This document shows, piece by piece, positions 10,108 to 19,643 of a stretch of DNA of 55,662 bases (its first letter is position 1; every line of letters starts with the position of its first letter). The DNA lies in the IMG/VR virus record IMGVR_UViG_3300024261_000038, positions 1 through 55,662 of that record. One strand, given 5' to 3'. A model generated the notes under the pieces. It searched no databases. It was not told where the DNA came from and was given only the letters and a program-made list of their open reading frames with translations. The DNA is from a virus. Lineage: Duplodnaviria > Caudoviricetes. The translations under genes were made by a program, and so were the position numbers.

Positions 10108-10572
10108 ATGGAAAACGAAAATAAAAATACTTCAACTCGTGCGAACCAAACACGGTCAAAGTCTGAACGACCTAAAGTGTGGGTTCCACCATCTTCTCTA
10201 GATGCACCCCCTGCACCTGATGGATTCAGGTATAGATGGATAAGAGCAGAAAGCGTTGGCTTTCAGGACACTAAAAATATATCCGGACGTTTAAGAGAAG
10301 GATATGAATTAGTTAGAGCCGAAGAAGTTGAAAATGCATCTGATTATCCAGTCCTCGATGAGGGCAAATACAAGGGAGTGATTGGGGTAGGTGGCCTTTT
10401 GCTTGCAAAGGTACCAACTGAGATTGCGCAACAACGTCAAGATTATATGTCTAATAGACATAAACAAAGAGACGAAGCTGTAAAGAACGATCTTATGAAG
10501 GAGCAGGATAGTAGAATGCCGATCAATGTTGAAAGGCAATCTCGTGTAACCTTCGGTGGTACGAAAAAATAA
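10108..10572 (+). CDS. Head-module hypothetical protein
   Basis: 154 aa; AAGGAG RBS; between scaffold and capsid genes. Confidence 0.65.
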   Translation: MENENKNTSTRANQTRSKSERPKVWVPPSSLDAPPAPDGFRYRWIRAESVGFQDTKNISGRLREGYELVRAEEVENASDYPVLDEGKYKGVIGVGGLLLAKVPTEIAQQRQDYMSNRHKQRDEAVKNDLMKEQDSRMPINVERQSRVTFGGTKK

Positions 10573-10600
10573 TTTTTCAAATCACTGGATTTAATAAACC

Positions 10601-10627
10601 GTACTGGAGGCCCCTCGGGGCAGGTAC
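10601..10627 (+). promoter_or_regulatory. GC-rich hairpin immediately before the RBS of the capsid-operon gene
   Basis: GTAC-TGGAG-GCCC-CTCG-GGGC-AG-GTAC followed by ATAAGGAG. Confidence 0.45.
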
Positions 10628-10643
10628 ATAAGGAGAAACAACT

Positions 10644-11204
10644 ATGGCAAATAGAAACACACAAGGTTTTGGTTTGATTGCTGCAGGTGCGCTTGGACAA
10701 ACTCCAGCCACTTCTGGTCAAGGCAAATACAAAATCGATGCGGGTTATGCAACTACACTATATCATGGTGCAGCTGTTGCTTCTGCTGCTGGTTACATTG
10801 TTGACGGACAAACAACTGATGCACCTATCTTAGGTGTGTTAAATGGAATATTCTATAACGCGGCTTCAACTTTAAAGCCGACGTTTGCGAATCATTACGT
10901 CCAAGTAACACCAGCAAACTCAGAAGATATCGATGCATTTGTATTCGATAACCCACAACAACAATATGTAGTAGCAACTGATGATACAGTGGCACAAGCT
11001 GGATATTTAGAAACGTATGACATGAACACAACGGCAGGTAGTACAACTACTGGTCAGTCTTCAGCTACACTAGATATCGGAGACACAAGTGCTGATGCAG
11101 CTTCATGGAGATTATTAAGATCTGCTGAAGATCCTGAAAACGATGAAAATGCGGCTTTCAGATCTGTAGTAGTAGTTGCTAATCTAATTGAGCTACAAAA
11201 CTAA
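10644..11204 (+). CDS. Putative capsid decoration / minor capsid protein
   Basis: 186 aa, A/T/G/D-rich, strong RBS, directly before MCP. Confidence 0.55.
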   Translation: MANRNTQGFGLIAAGALGQTPATSGQGKYKIDAGYATTLYHGAAVASAAGYIVDGQTTDAPILGVLNGIFYNAASTLKPTFANHYVQVTPANSEDIDAFVFDNPQQQYVVATDDTVAQAGYLETYDMNTTAGSTTTGQSSATLDIGDTSADAASWRLLRSAEDPENDENAAFRSVVVVANLIELQN

Positions 11205-11225
11205 GCTAGAATAGGAGAATAAAAA

Positions 11226-12137
11226 ATGGCTATATCACGATCACAACTAGTTAAAGAACTAGAGCCAGGTTTGAATGCACTATTCGGCCTGGAATACAAA
11301 CGTTATGAAAATCAGCATGCTGAAATTTATAACGAGGAATCATCTGACAGAGCTTTCGAAGAGGAAGTTATGTTATCTGGTTTCGCAAACGCACAAGTAA
11401 AAGGTGAAGGTTCTGGAGTTTCATTTGATGAAGCACAAGAAACTTTCACAGCTCGTTACACTCACGAGACTGTAGCTTTAGCGTTCGCAATCACTGAAGA
11501 AGCGATTGAGGACAACTTGTATGATAGACTTGCGTCTAGATATACAAAAGCTTTAGCTAGATCTATGAGTAATGCTAAACAAGTAAAAGCAGTTGAACCA
11601 CTGATTCAAGGTCTTCCAACTACGGATAACTTTGATTCAGGTGACGGTGTATCTTTATTTAATACATCACACCCAACAGTGTCTGGAACTTTTTCTAACA
11701 CTTTAACAACTCAAGCTGACTTAAACGAAACTTCATTAGAACAGTCGATGATTGACATCGCGGCTATGACTGATGAAAGAGGTTTAAGAATTGCTGCTAG
11801 AGGAGTAAAAATGATTATTCCTTCTGAGCTACAATTCACAGCTGAAAGATTGATGAAGTCTCAAGGTAGAACTGGAACAGCTGATAATGATATCAATGCA
11901 ATCGTATCTATGGGTATGGTTCCTCAAGGTTATAGAGTGAACAATTACCTAACAGACTCAGATGCATTTTATATCTTAACAGACATTCCTAATGGAATGA
12001 AAATGTTCAACAGAGCTCCATTGACAACTGCAATGGAAGGCGACTTTGATACTGGAAACGTTAGATACAAAGCTAGAGAAAGATACAGCTTCGGCGTATC
12101 AGACCCTAGAGGTATCTTCGGCGTTGAAGGTGCGTAA
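11226..12137 (+). CDS. Major capsid protein (HK97 fold)
   Basis: MAISRSQLVKELEPGLNALFG N-terminus and DFDTGNVRYKARERYSFG C-terminus; strong RBS; followed by a terminator. Confidence 0.88.
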   Translation: MAISRSQLVKELEPGLNALFGLEYKRYENQHAEIYNEESSDRAFEEEVMLSGFANAQVKGEGSGVSFDEAQETFTARYTHETVALAFAITEEAIEDNLYDRLASRYTKALARSMSNAKQVKAVEPLIQGLPTTDNFDSGDGVSLFNTSHPTVSGTFSNTLTTQADLNETSLEQSMIDIAAMTDERGLRIAARGVKMIIPSELQFTAERLMKSQGRTGTADNDINAIVSMGMVPQGYRVNNYLTDSDAFYILTDIPNGMKMFNRAPLTTAMEGDFDTGNVRYKARERYSFGVSDPRGIFGVEGA

Positions 12138-12151
12138 GCATAATTAAATTT

Positions 12152-12182
12152 TGTGGCCGGACATAGTTCGGCCACATTTTCT
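12152..12182 (+). terminator. Rho-independent terminator after MCP
   Basis: TGTGGCCGGAC-ATA-GTTCGGCCACA stem-loop followed by TTTTCT. Confidence 0.75.
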
Positions 12183-12200
12183 AAATAGAAAGAAAAAACC

Positions 12201-12458
12201 ATGAAACTATTCACCATTACAATTTGGGCATACGATCATTACGCAAAATTTAATGTTTTGTCGGAAGATAATGCTATTTCTCTTGAAAAATCTATCCTTG
12301 ACAAGTTGGGAGAAAAGAGTATAAATTGGGAATATCTTGGTATATCATATGATAATCAAGTAAACAGAATAACCTATGAGGAGGTTGTTGATGATACAAG
12401 ACCTATACAAAGCAAAAAGGTCCTTGGAGTTGAAGTGGGAACAGGAGCATCTATCTAA
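12201..12458 (+). CDS. Hypothetical protein
   Basis: 85-aa ORF after the terminator; overlaps the next gene. Confidence 0.5.
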   Translation: MKLFTITIWAYDHYAKFNVLSEDNAISLEKSILDKLGEKSINWEYLGISYDNQVNRITYEEVVDDTRPIQSKKVLGVEVGTGASI

Positions 12459-12600
12459 TGATAAGTATACTCTTGAAATGGTCAGGATCGATGACAAAAT
12501 TAAAGAAGTCATTACTGAGATCAAACTGGCTGAAGCTGAAGTTGCTTACAAGCAAAATAGCGTTGAAGACGCTGCTCCACAAGTTTCTGTAGCTACTTAA
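12391..12600 (+). CDS. Small coiled-coil hypothetical protein
   Basis: GAGGAGG RBS at 12378-12384 favours ATG 12391 (MIQDLYKAKR...). Confidence 0.6.
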   Translation: MIQDLYKAKRSLELKWEQEHLSNDKYTLEMVRIDDKIKEVITEIKLAEAEVAYKQNSVEDAAPQVSVAT

Positions 12601-12648
12601 TCAAAAGCTACATCGTTGGAAAAATTCCACTCCACACTACAGGCTCTC

Positions 12649-12677
12649 TTGCACTCTACTGAAAACTAGTATATACT
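12649..12677 (+). promoter_or_regulatory. Sigma70-type promoter
   Basis: TTGCAC-17 nt-TATACT. Confidence 0.65.
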
Positions 12678-12683
12678 TTTGGC

Positions 12684-12759
12684 ACTATACATAAATTAAT
12701 ATTCTGCATAGACGCAGTATAGTCGACGGCCTAGAGACTATGTAGAATTTAACTAGGAG
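12684..12759 (+). ncRNA. Candidate cis-regulatory 5' leader RNA (double pseudoknot overlapping the SD)
   Basis: Interleaved pairings 12684-90/12717-23 (7 bp), 12701-11/12738-48 (11 bp, one G-U), 12730-34/12753-57 (5 bp, overlaps AGGAG). Confidence 0.6.
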
Positions 12760-12766
12760 AATAATC

Positions 12767-13285
12767 ATGGCAAACACTACGTTTTCAGGACCGGTCATTT
12801 CTAAAAATGGCTTTGTAAATACAGGTCCTGGTATGACTGTTAGCTTAACAGCTGACACTACATTAACAGTCGCTACACACGCTGGCAAAATTTTACTTAC
12901 AAATGATGCAGATGGTAAATTTACTTTACCTTCAATCAATGTAAATGCAAATGGCGCATCAGCAGGTGATAATGACGTTAATAACTTAAACAACATTGGT
13001 GCAACTTTTCATTTTTATGTGGAAACTGCTGCAACTGATATGGACATCTTAACTGATGGTACTGACAAATTTAAAGGTGGTATCATGGTAGCTGTAGATG
13101 ACGGTTCTAAAAAAGCTTTCATTCCAGCTGCAACAAATGATGTTATAACTATGAATGGTTCTACACAAGGTGGAATCGTTGGTAGCGTAGTATCTTTTAC
13201 AGCGATTGATACTGCTACATACTTAGTCCACAGTTCTTTACTGCTTGGATCAGGTACAATAGTAACACCTTACGCTGACGCGTAA
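12767..13285 (+). CDS. Putative virion structural protein
   Basis: MANTTFSGPV start, T/G/A-rich, strong RBS, followed by a hairpin. Confidence 0.6.
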   Translation: MANTTFSGPVISKNGFVNTGPGMTVSLTADTTLTVATHAGKILLTNDADGKFTLPSINVNANGASAGDNDVNNLNNIGATFHFYVETAATDMDILTDGTDKFKGGIMVAVDDGSKKAFIPAATNDVITMNGSTQGGIVGSVVSFTAIDTATYLVHSSLLLGSGTIVTPYADA

Positions 13286-13296
13286 TAAATAATTAG

Positions 13297-13326
13297 TGTG
13301 GGGCTCCGGCCCCACATATTAATTTT
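13297..13326 (+). terminator. Stem-loop, probable (leaky) terminator
   Basis: TGTGGGGC-TCCG-GCCCCACA followed by TATTAATTTT. Confidence 0.6.
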
Positions 13327-13339
13327 AAGGAGATAAAAT

Positions 13340-13642
13340 ATGGCAACATCAGACCAACAGTTTTCTACAAGAACTTCTGACGGTAGATTTGGTAGAGCAA
13401 CAGACGCTTCAGGTTCATATATTGGACCAGCTAGAATAACTTATATTCAAGTTGAAGGAGTGGCTAATAGTAATATCAAACTATATGATGGAACAGATAA
13501 CTCAGGTGCTTTAGTATTCGAAGGTAATTGCGGAACTGAAGGACTAGACATTTATGTTCCAGGAAGCGGTATCAGATGTAGAACTGGAATATATTTAGAT
13601 TTAACTAACACTACTTCAGTTACTATCGGCTACACTGGCTAG
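13340..13642 (+). CDS. Putative virion structural protein
   Basis: 100 aa; AAGGAG RBS; within the structural module. Confidence 0.55.
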   Translation: MATSDQQFSTRTSDGRFGRATDASGSYIGPARITYIQVEGVANSNIKLYDGTDNSGALVFEGNCGTEGLDIYVPGSGIRCRTGIYLDLTNTTSVTIGYTG

Positions 13643-13650
13643 GAGTTTAA

Positions 13651-14400
13651 ATGGCTAATACTACTTCGGGAACTACAACGTTCGACAAAACTTTTTCTAT
13701 TGATGAAATTATAGAAGAATCTTTTGAACGTATTGGATTAAATTCAGTAGCTGGTTATCAAATGAAATCAGCTAGAAGATCTCTTAATATCTTATTTCAA
13801 GAATGGGGTAATAGAGGTATTCACTATTGGGAAATAGGTAGTACAAGTTTAGATTTAATCGAAGGACAAGCTGAGTATAAATTTTATAGAGCTGCTGCAG
13901 ATGGTACAAGTGCCACTTCAAATCCAAACGGTATTTATGGAATATCCGATGTCCTTGAAGCACAATTAAGAGCTAATAGAACACAAACAACTCAATCTGA
14001 TTCACCTATGACTAAAGTTGATAGATCAGCTTATGCAGGTTTTTCAAATAAACTTTCTAAAGGTACACCTAATCAATATTGGGTCCAAAGATTTATTGAT
14101 TATACTAGTATTAGTATTTACCCTACACCTGATTCAACTAATGCATCTAAAGATATGCATTTTTATTACATAAAAAGAATTCAAGATGTTGGAGACTATA
14201 CAAATGCAACAGATATTCCATTTAGATTTATTCCTTGTATGACTTCAGGTTTAGCTTTTTATTTAGCACAAAAATATGCACCACAATTAGTACAACAAAT
14301 GAAATTATATTATGAAGATGAATTATCAAGAGCACTTGCAGAAGATGGTTCAGCTTCGAGTACATTTATTACACCTAAAGCTTATTACCCAGGAACTTAA
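13651..14400 (+). CDS. Putative head-tail adaptor / tail tubular protein
   Basis: 249 aa; KGTPNQYWVQR...IYPTPD motif typical of phage adaptor proteins. Confidence 0.55.
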   Translation: MANTTSGTTTFDKTFSIDEIIEESFERIGLNSVAGYQMKSARRSLNILFQEWGNRGIHYWEIGSTSLDLIEGQAEYKFYRAAADGTSATSNPNGIYGISDVLEAQLRANRTQTTQSDSPMTKVDRSAYAGFSNKLSKGTPNQYWVQRFIDYTSISIYPTPDSTNASKDMHFYYIKRIQDVGDYTNATDIPFRFIPCMTSGLAFYLAQKYAPQLVQQMKLYYEDELSRALAEDGSASSTFITPKAYYPGT

Positions 14401-15002
14401 TGTCTAAGTACGCAACAGGAAAACATTCAAAAGCTATTTCAGATAGATCAGGACTTGAATTTCCATATAGAGAAATGGTTAGAGAATGGAACGGTTCTTT
14501 TGTTCATTATACAGAGTATGAACCTAAACAACCACAATTAGAACCAAAACCAACAGGTGGGGACGGTGTTGCATTATTAAATGTAAGACCAGATAGAACA
14601 GAGCCTATTACAACTGTAATGATTTCTAATAATGGTTTTGAAACTTATGAAGCAGGGTCTGGTATTATAAATGTTTTTTCCCCTGGACACGGTTTAACAA
14701 ATGGAACGACTTATTTATTTAGAGGTCCACCAACAATTTCACCTGGTACAGGTACAGAGTCTAATCCTGTTTTTGCTTATGCAACTATTCCTAATTTTGA
14801 TGGAATAACTGGTGCACAAATAGGACAGGGTTCAGGATATGCTATTACAACAGGAAAGTATAAAAATGATCTAAGAGATACAACAGACTATTCAGTAACT
14901 AATTTTTTCTATTTTACAGTTAACTCGGATACTGCTACAACAGGTAATATAAAAGGAGGAGGCTACGGTTGTTCCGTTGGGCCTGTAACGATAAGCGCAT
15001 GA
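14400..15002 (+). CDS. Putative virion protein
   Basis: Coupled ORF; ISDRSG N-terminal motif; PGHGL beta-rich domain. Confidence 0.55.
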   Translation: MSKYATGKHSKAISDRSGLEFPYREMVREWNGSFVHYTEYEPKQPQLEPKPTGGDGVALLNVRPDRTEPITTVMISNNGFETYEAGSGIINVFSPGHGLTNGTTYLFRGPPTISPGTGTESNPVFAYATIPNFDGITGAQIGQGSGYAITTGKYKNDLRDTTDYSVTNFFYFTVNSDTATTGNIKGGGYGCSVGPVTISA

Positions 15003-15130
15003 TAAATAAAATTTGGAATTGGATAAAAAATATTTTTAAACCTGAGAGACAAGACCCTCATCTTGAAATTTATGAAGAAACTGCAAAACAAAAAAAGATA
15101 CGTTCAAAATATAAAGGAGATAGTAAATAA
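14999..15130 (+). CDS. Small hypothetical protein (43 aa, not in ORF track)
   Basis: MINKIWNWIKNIFKP...; ATGA overlap upstream and TAATG overlap downstream. Confidence 0.5.
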   Translation: MINKIWNWIKNIFKPERQDPHLEIYEETAKQKKIRSKYKGDSK

Positions 15131-15837
15131 TGGCTGGTTTAAGTTATTCAGATTTAGTTACACAAATAAGAAATTATACTGAAACAGATTCAAATGTTTT
15201 AACAACCGCTATTTTAGAAAATATAATTTTAAATTCTCAGTACAGAATAATGAGAGATGTTCCTATTGATGCAGATAGAAAACAACAATCAGGTAGTTTA
15301 GTAACAGGTCAAGAGTCTATTAATGCTCCAGCAGGAGCTTTATTTATAAGAGGTATTCAAGTTTATGATTCAACATCCTCTATAGCAGGTGCTAATACTT
15401 GGTTAGAAAAAAAAGATGTAACTTATTTACAAGAATATGTATCATCAACAGAATCTGCAAAAAGAGGTAAACCTAAATACTATTCTATGTATGGAGGAGC
15501 AACAGGTAATACAGATACTACATCTGGAAGAATGTTTCTTGCCCCGGTCCCTGATTCAACATACAAATTCAGAGTGCATTATAACAAAATGCCAGCTACT
15601 TTAGAGTCTGGTAATGCTACTAACTATATTAGCTTAAACTTTCCAAATGGTTTATTATATTGTTGCTTATCAGAGACTTATGGTTTTTTAAAAGGTCCAA
15701 TAGATATGTTGACACTATATGAAAATAAGTATAAACAAGAGGTACAGAAGTTTGCTAATGAGCAAGTTGGTAGAAGACGAAGAGATGACTACACAGATGG
15801 TGCTGTTCGTATACCAGTAAAATCAGCAAACCCGTAG
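15130..15837 (+). CDS. Putative head-tail adaptor / tail tubular protein
   Basis: GKPKYYS...LAPVPD motif; resembles the ORF at 13651. Confidence 0.55.
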   Translation: MAGLSYSDLVTQIRNYTETDSNVLTTAILENIILNSQYRIMRDVPIDADRKQQSGSLVTGQESINAPAGALFIRGIQVYDSTSSIAGANTWLEKKDVTYLQEYVSSTESAKRGKPKYYSMYGGATGNTDTTSGRMFLAPVPDSTYKFRVHYNKMPATLESGNATNYISLNFPNGLLYCCLSETYGFLKGPIDMLTLYENKYKQEVQKFANEQVGRRRRDDYTDGAVRIPVKSANP

Positions 15838-15848
15838 GAGAATAAATT

Positions 15849-16286
15849 ATGGCAATATCATCAGCAATTTGTACAAGTTTCAAACAAGAAATCTTAGTAG
15901 GTACTCACAATTTTACAGCAACAAGTGGAAACACTTTTAAAATAGCTTTATATACAAGTTCAGCATCACTAGGTGCAAGTACAACAGCTTATAGTGCAAC
16001 AAATGAAATTACAAATGCATCAGGAACTGCTTATACTGCAGGCGGTGCAACTCTTACAAGTGTAACTCCTACAACTTCAGGAACTACAGCGATATGTGAT
16101 TTTGCAGATGTTAGTTATACTTCAGCATCTTTTACAGCGAATGGTGCTTTAATTTATAATGACACAAATTCTGATAAAGCTTGTGCAGTTATCGCTTTTG
16201 GTAGTGATAAAACTGTAACTAGTGGAACTTTCACTATTCAATTTCCAACAGCAGACGCAAGTAACGCAATCATTCGTATAGCGTAA
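15849..16286 (+). CDS. Putative tail structural protein
   Basis: T/A/S-rich; FKIALYT and GALIYN motifs typical of tail-fibre attachment proteins. Confidence 0.55.
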   Translation: MAISSAICTSFKQEILVGTHNFTATSGNTFKIALYTSSASLGASTTAYSATNEITNASGTAYTAGGATLTSVTPTTSGTTAICDFADVSYTSASFTANGALIYNDTNSDKACAVIAFGSDKTVTSGTFTIQFPTADASNAIIRIA

Positions 16287-16299
16287 GGAGGAAGTCCTT

Positions 16300-17193
16300 A
16301 TGGCTACATCAATTTGGGGCGGAGATGATCCCTCAGTAGCATGGAATGAAAATTCATGGCAATCTAATCTTGCAACAGTTATATTAACAGGAGTTTCAAC
16401 AACAACATCAGTCGGATCTATAGATGCTTTTAATACAGCAGGATGGGGATCGGATGCTTGGGGTGAAGATGGTTGGGATGGAACTTTTACAGTAGTTTTA
16501 ACAAGTGCAGGTGTTGCAACAACAGCTGTTGGTTCTGTAGAAGTAGATGCAGAAATAGGTTCTGGTTGGGGCCGAGGTGAATGGAACAACAACGAAGGTT
16601 GGGGTATTCAAGGAACTGTAATACTTGAAAGTTTATCTGCAACTGTATCTTTAGGTTCTGTAACAACTGCTGATGTAATGGGACTAACAGGAGTTTCTGC
16701 AACAGCTAGTATTGGATCAGTTACAATGATCGGTAACGTAGTTGTGACTCCAACAGGAATTTCTGCAACAACAAATTTAGGATCAGTTACTGTTGCTGAT
16801 GTAATGGGACTAACAGGAGTTTCTGCAACAGTAAGTGTAGGATCTATTTCTCCTGCAGATGTTATGGGAGTATCTACAGCAGGAGTTGGAACAACAGCTA
16901 TTGGAGATGTTGGTGTTACTTCAAACCCTACTATTTTACCAACAGGAGTTTCTGCAACAGTAAGTGTAGGATCTATTTCTCCTGCAGATGTTATGGGATT
17001 AACAGGAGTTTCTGCAACAGCTTCAGTAGGAAGTTTAAGTCCTCCTGTTGTAATGGGGTTAACAGGAATTTCTGCAACAATAAGTGTCGGAGACTTATTT
17101 ATTCAGGCATATCAAGATGTTGACACAGGTTCAAATACATCGTATACAAGTGTTGCAACAGGATCAAATACAAGTTATAGTGACGTTGCATAA
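16300..17193 (+). CDS. Repetitive fibre-like virion protein
   Basis: N-terminal WG repeats, then about 20-aa repeats (VMGLTGVSATxSVGSI). Confidence 0.6.
   Translation: MATSIWGGDDPSVAWNENSWQSNLATVILTGVSTTTSVGSIDAFNTAGWGSDAWGEDGWDGTFTVVLTSAGVATTAVGSVEVDAEIGSGWGRGEWNNNEGWGIQGTVILESLSATVSLGSVTTADVMGLTGVSATASIGSVTMIGNVVVTPTGISATTNLGSVTVADVMGLTGVSATVSVGSISPADVMGVSTAGVGTTAIGDVGVTSNPTILPTGVSATVSVGSISPADVMGLTGVSATASVGSLSPPVVMGLTGISATISVGDLFIQAYQDVDTGSNTSYTSVATGSNTSYSDVA
16668..16998 (+). repeat. Internal direct repeats in the fibre gene
   Basis: 58-bp identical copies at 16812-16869 and 16941-16998; 38-bp identical copies at 16668-16705 and 16794-16831. Confidence 0.85.
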
Positions 17194-17205
17194 TTAGGAG
17201 ATTAC

Positions 17206-18066
17206 ATGGCATCAACATACACACCTTTAGGAGTTGAACTACAAGCAACCGGAGAAAATGCCGGAACTTGGGGAACAAAAACTAACACTAATTTACAAGT
17301 TTTCGAACAAATTTCAGGGGGATACTCTGCACAATCAATAGCAGGTGGAGCACAAACAACTGAATTAACAGTTTCTGATGGATCAACTGGTGCTGTTTTA
17401 GCTCACAGAATGGTTGAGTTCACTGGTACAATTACAGGAAATCAAATTGTTACAATTCCATTAGATGTACAAAACTTTTATTTTTTAAGAAATACAACAT
17501 CAGGTGCATACACAGTACAATTTAAATATGCTTCTGGTTCAGGAGATTCATTTACTTTTTCAGCAACAGACAAAGGTGATCAAATTGTTTTCGCAACAGC
17601 AAACGATGGAACTAATCCTGATATAGATACACTATCAATTGGAACTGGTATATCAAGTGTAGCTGCAGATACATCACCACAATTAGGTGGAAACTTAGAT
17701 GTTAATGGAAACGATATTGTTTCAACTTCAAATGCAGATATTGATATTATACCAAATGGAACTGGTGATGTTGTTCTTTCAGCAGATACAGTAAAAGTTG
17801 GAGATAGTGGTGCAGCCGCTACTCTTACATCAAATGGAGCAGGAGCATTAACTGTTACTACTGGAGGCGCCGCAGATCTAGTTTTAAATACAAATAGCGG
17901 AACAAACTCTGGAACTGTTACTATTACAGATGCTGCTAATGGAGATATTACTGTAGCACCAAATGGTACAGGTAGAGCAAAAGTAACTAATGCAACATCA
18001 AGTTCAACACAAACTGTAACTACGGATGGAAAAGGACTTGTCTTCTCCATGGTTTTCGGGTATTAA
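17206..18066 (+). CDS. Putative tail fibre protein
   Basis: GENAGTWG N-terminus; DTSPQLGGNLDVNG and PNGTG fibre repeats. Confidence 0.65.
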   Translation: MASTYTPLGVELQATGENAGTWGTKTNTNLQVFEQISGGYSAQSIAGGAQTTELTVSDGSTGAVLAHRMVEFTGTITGNQIVTIPLDVQNFYFLRNTTSGAYTVQFKYASGSGDSFTFSATDKGDQIVFATANDGTNPDIDTLSIGTGISSVAADTSPQLGGNLDVNGNDIVSTSNADIDIIPNGTGDVVLSADTVKVGDSGAAATLTSNGAGALTVTTGGAADLVLNTNSGTNSGTVTITDAANGDITVAPNGTGRAKVTNATSSSTQTVTTDGKGLVFSMVFGY

Positions 18067-18085
18067 TATCAAAGGAGAATAAAAA

Positions 18086-18445
18086 ATGGCAACACCAAAT
18101 TTAGTAAATATAGCAACGATCACACCTAAGAATGCTATGGGTAGTTTAGGGGATACTAACAGAACTACTATGATCGATGTTCCTGCAGAAACTGCAGTAA
18201 GAATAGACACAATATTATTAGCAAACATTGACGGAGCTAATGCTGCAGACGTAACAGTAGAAATTAGTGATGACAATGGTGTAACTTATTATAAAATCGC
18301 AAGTACAATTTCTGTACCTGCAGATTCAACATTAGATTTAATTAGCAGACCTATCTATTTAGATGAAACAGATCTTATAGCTGTAACAGCTGGTGCTGCC
18401 AGTGACATAGCTTTTCATGTTTCTTATGTAGAAATGGTAGACTAA
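18086..18445 (+). CDS. Putative tail-fibre-associated structural protein
   Basis: 119 aa beta-rich protein; AAGGAG RBS. Confidence 0.5.
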   Translation: MATPNLVNIATITPKNAMGSLGDTNRTTMIDVPAETAVRIDTILLANIDGANAADVTVEISDDNGVTYYKIASTISVPADSTLDLISRPIYLDETDLIAVTAGAASDIAFHVSYVEMVD

Positions 18446-18461
18446 TAGGAGGATAATTTAA

Positions 18462-19157
18462 ATGCCAAAAATAATTAAGCCAGTAGGAAAAAGTAGTTTT
18501 ACATCAGCAACAATTTCTGTTGATGGTGATGGTAGAATTTTTTCTGCAGCTTCAGGATCAGCAGGTGCACAAGGTTATCAACCAAAAGAATTAAAATATG
18601 GTTCTCACAGTTACAGCTATTCAGCAATAGACCAAAACGCTACAAAAGCAGCAGGGTTAATTTCTGGTGGTGGTGGCGGAGGAGGAAACTCAAACCAAAA
18701 CGCAACAGGAAGACCAGGCGGTCACGGATTTTTTGGTGTATGGGCAGTAGACGTTGCTCCAGGAGTTTTAAATGGAACAGCGATTCAAATTGGTGCTGGC
18801 GGTACTGGTGCAACTAATCCAAGTCAAGGGCAAGCCGGTGGAACAACTAATTTTGGTAATATAATAAATGCAGGAGGTGGTACTGGTGGAGCTAGTCCTC
18901 ACAGTCCCGATCAACCAAGACCTGCTGCTGGAAGTACAAATACACCTAATGTATTTAATTATAGCACATCAGATTTTGCTAACACAACTAACATTGCACC
19001 TCCCTCACCTGGATCAGGTGGTACAGGACCGGGTACAAGTAATGGACCTCAAGCACCTTTAACTCGATTTACCTTAGGCGGTAGAGGTGGTGGTGGAGCT
19101 TCAAGTAATGGAAATGGCGGGGATGGATACATATACATTTTCGAACAGGTAACATAG
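18462..19157 (+). CDS. Glycine/proline-rich fibre-tip (possible receptor-binding) protein
   Basis: GGGGGG, GAGGTG, AGGGTGG and NGGDG glycine-rich domain motifs with Pro-rich loops. Confidence 0.55.
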   Translation: MPKIIKPVGKSSFTSATISVDGDGRIFSAASGSAGAQGYQPKELKYGSHSYSYSAIDQNATKAAGLISGGGGGGGNSNQNATGRPGGHGFFGVWAVDVAPGVLNGTAIQIGAGGTGATNPSQGQAGGTTNFGNIINAGGGTGGASPHSPDQPRPAAGSTNTPNVFNYSTSDFANTTNIAPPSPGSGGTGPGTSNGPQAPLTRFTLGGRGGGGASSNGNGGDGYIYIFEQVT

Positions 19158-19165
19158 GATAAAAG

Positions 19166-19624
19166 ATGCCAAATATATATTTTAGAGGAAATACAAATGA
19201 AATTTGGAGAATATCAAAAGATGATTCTGATGGAGAATCAATCGTAGCCAACTCTGGAGAGACGTTAGTTAAAAAAAATTTTTCACAATCTGATTTTGAT
19301 TTAATAGTTGCACAAACAAAAAGATTTGATGAAAGTCTAACTCAAGACAATATTGTTCTTGTAGATACAGAACAACCAACTAGATCTATACTTGAATTTA
19401 AACAAGATTTTGAAAACGAAATAAATGCTTTTGATAAATTTTTAGAAGGTACTAAAACCTCAACTATGAGAGATAGACTTGCAGCTTATAGAGCACGTTT
19501 AAGTGCAGCTTTGAGCCATGCAATGTTATCAGAAAATGAAACTTTTTCAGTACATTGTTCAAAATACACCTCTGATTTAAATCCTGGAGAAGAAGTATTT
19601 CATATGTTGCAAGTTTGTGATTAA
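19166..19624 (+). CDS. Hypothetical protein (possible fibre assembly factor)
   Basis: 152-aa ORF directly after the Gly-rich gene. Confidence 0.5.
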   Translation: MPNIYFRGNTNEIWRISKDDSDGESIVANSGETLVKKNFSQSDFDLIVAQTKRFDESLTQDNIVLVDTEQPTRSILEFKQDFENEINAFDKFLEGTKTSTMRDRLAAYRARLSAALSHAMLSENETFSVHCSKYTSDLNPGEEVFHMLQVCD

Positions 19625-19643
19625 ATGATATATTAATATCTTT

